From: Candidatus Nanohaloarchaea archaeon
GTDB lineage: Archaea > Nanohalarchaeota > Nanosalinia > Nanosalinales > Nanosalinaceae
Assembly: GCA_042217695.1 (NCBI GenBank)
Contig: JBDGSE010000003.1
Location: forward strand, 1 to 7,022
Reading direction: 5' to 3'
DNA: 7,022 nucleotides
The notes below the pieces were generated by a model. The model was not told the origin of the DNA, did not search any database, and saw nothing but the letters and a program-made list of their open reading frames with translations. Position numbers and translations under genes: made by a program. Of the stretch, positions 6,087 to 7,022 are shown in pieces (the first letter of the stretch is position 1; every line of letters begins with the position of its first letter).

Positions 6087-6950
6087 TCATACTTCTATCT
6101 CGATGTTTTCCGCCTCGGAGTAGTCCAGATGCTCAAGAGCCCTGAAAAGCAGGTTTGTTATCTTGACAGGCTCCTCCATATTTAAATTGACCGAGTAAAA
6201 CGCCTGATCTCTGTGTCCGCCTCCTTCTAGGCCGTGGTCAGACGCGAACACTACAAGAGTTTCATCATCGACTTCCTCAAGGAGTTTCCCAGCGAAGTCA
6301 TCCATTTCTTGGTAGAGTTCGCGGTCTTTCTCATCGTTGTTAAAGAACAGATGCTGGTGCCAGTCCGGGTAGTGCAGGTGCTGCATCACCAGTTTATGCT
6401 CCCCGATATTCTCAAGAAGCTGTTTCTTTCTGTACAAGTGCTCTGCCTCCATATCCCGTAAGACTCGTTCCTTTGATACAGGCGGTCTCTTCCTGTGGGC
6501 CTTGGTAACGTAACTCTTCCCTGCAATATAAGGGTACTCGCTGTAACCTGGTATGTCCAGAGCTTTCGAATCTGCGACTTTCTCAAAGATAGAATCGACT
6601 TTCAAGAAATCTCTGTCTGGCACAAATATGCTGGACTCGAAAAGGTAGTAGTAAAGCATCTTTCTGAAGTGCATCCCGCTCCTGTTAAACATCTGGAAAA
6701 ACTTCAGGACGTACCTGTCAATCTTGCGCACTTTTTCTCCCCGGAACGTAAGCATAGTGTCTATGCCGTGCCTCTCTGGCCTCTCACCAGTTATCATCGA
6801 TGCCCACAGCATCGGTGTGGACAGCTTTATGTCCTCTGTATCTAGTCTCCCGAAGCTCTGTAGCTGAAGATTCTTGCATTCGAACTTCCTTATTTTCTCG
6901 TGATCTAAGCCATCAAACCCTACAACCACCATTTTATCGAACTCGGGCAT
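6087..6950 (-). CDS. Alkaline phosphatase superfamily protein, short form, 287 aa
   Basis: It carries VVGFDGLD, STPMLWASMITG, HYPDWHQH, FASDHG and GGH, the same metal-ligand series as the longer paralog but without the large cap insertion. No signal peptide is visible. Confidence 0.85.
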   Translation of the reverse strand: MPEFDKMVVVGFDGLDHEKIRKFECKNLQLQSFGRLDTEDIKLSTPMLWASMITGERPERHGIDTMLTFRGEKVRKIDRYVLKFFQMFNRSGMHFRKMLYYYLFESSIFVPDRDFLKVDSIFEKVADSKALDIPGYSEYPYIAGKSYVTKAHRKRPPVSKERVLRDMEAEHLYRKKQLLENIGEHKLVMQHLHYPDWHQHLFFNNDEKDRELYQEMDDFAGKLLEEVDDETLVVFASDHGLEGGGHRDQAFYSVNLNMEEPVKITNLLFRALEHLDYSEAENIEIEV

Positions 6951-6973
6951 ATTGAATATTTTTCGCTCGGAAG

Positions 6974-6984
6974 GTTTTAATTAC
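6974..6984 (-). promoter_or_regulatory. TATA-like box for the 6087-6950 gene (leaderless)
   Basis: The minus strand reads GTAATTAAAAC, with TTAAAA at -30 to -25 from ATG 6950. Confidence 0.5.
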
Positions 6985-7022
6985 CGACGCTGGAAAGATA
7001 AAAGTCCTCGAAGGAAAAAGAG

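Noticed and set aside
4..6845. Other short alternative-frame and antisense ORFs in the track (e.g. 4-369, 791-1327, 1657-2007, 2658-3176, 4541-4921, 6495-6845)
   Set aside because: All overlap well-supported genes and lack recognisable motifs or the acidic composition of the real proteins.
4640..6950. Calling the AlkP genes classical arylsulfatases
   Set aside because: There is no [CS]xPxR formylglycine motif. The motifs are those of the Thr-nucleophile two-metal branch.
6981..7022. Possible 3' end of an upstream minus-strand gene (LFFLRGLLSFQRR* or SFSFEDFYLSSVGN*)
   Set aside because: The stretch is too short to choose a frame or assign a product.

Overview
This is a gene-dense, moderately GC-rich window from what looks like a halophilic archaeon. 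The proteins are strongly acidic, archaeal TATA-like boxes sit about 25-30 nt before the start codons, and GGTGA/GGAG ribosome-binding sites occur inside operons. A Nanohaloarchaea/Halobacteria-type host is inferred, not proven. The window is a PAPS-dependent sulfation locus. On the minus strand, from right to left, are two alkaline-phosphatase-superfamily (nucleotide pyrophosphatase/COG3379-like) genes, then an operon of a small ribbon-helix-helix protein, a DUF2061-like membrane protein, sat and cysC, then a P-loop sulfotransferase and the start of a third AlkP-family gene running off the left edge. On the plus strand, between the sulfotransferase and cysC, are a degenerate calcineurin-like metallophosphoesterase and a TrpH/YciV-type PHP phosphoesterase. 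The most notable points are: (i) an acidic 'EE..[KR]L[KR]DLGY' C-terminal tail shared by the unrelated RHH protein and CysC; (ii) a PHP enzyme as candidate PAP-removing phosphatase; (iii) a GC mosaic within the long AlkP gene that tracks catalytic versus variable segments; (iv) palindromes over the RHH-sat-cysC promoter. No RNA genes, CRISPR arrays or mobile elements were seen.
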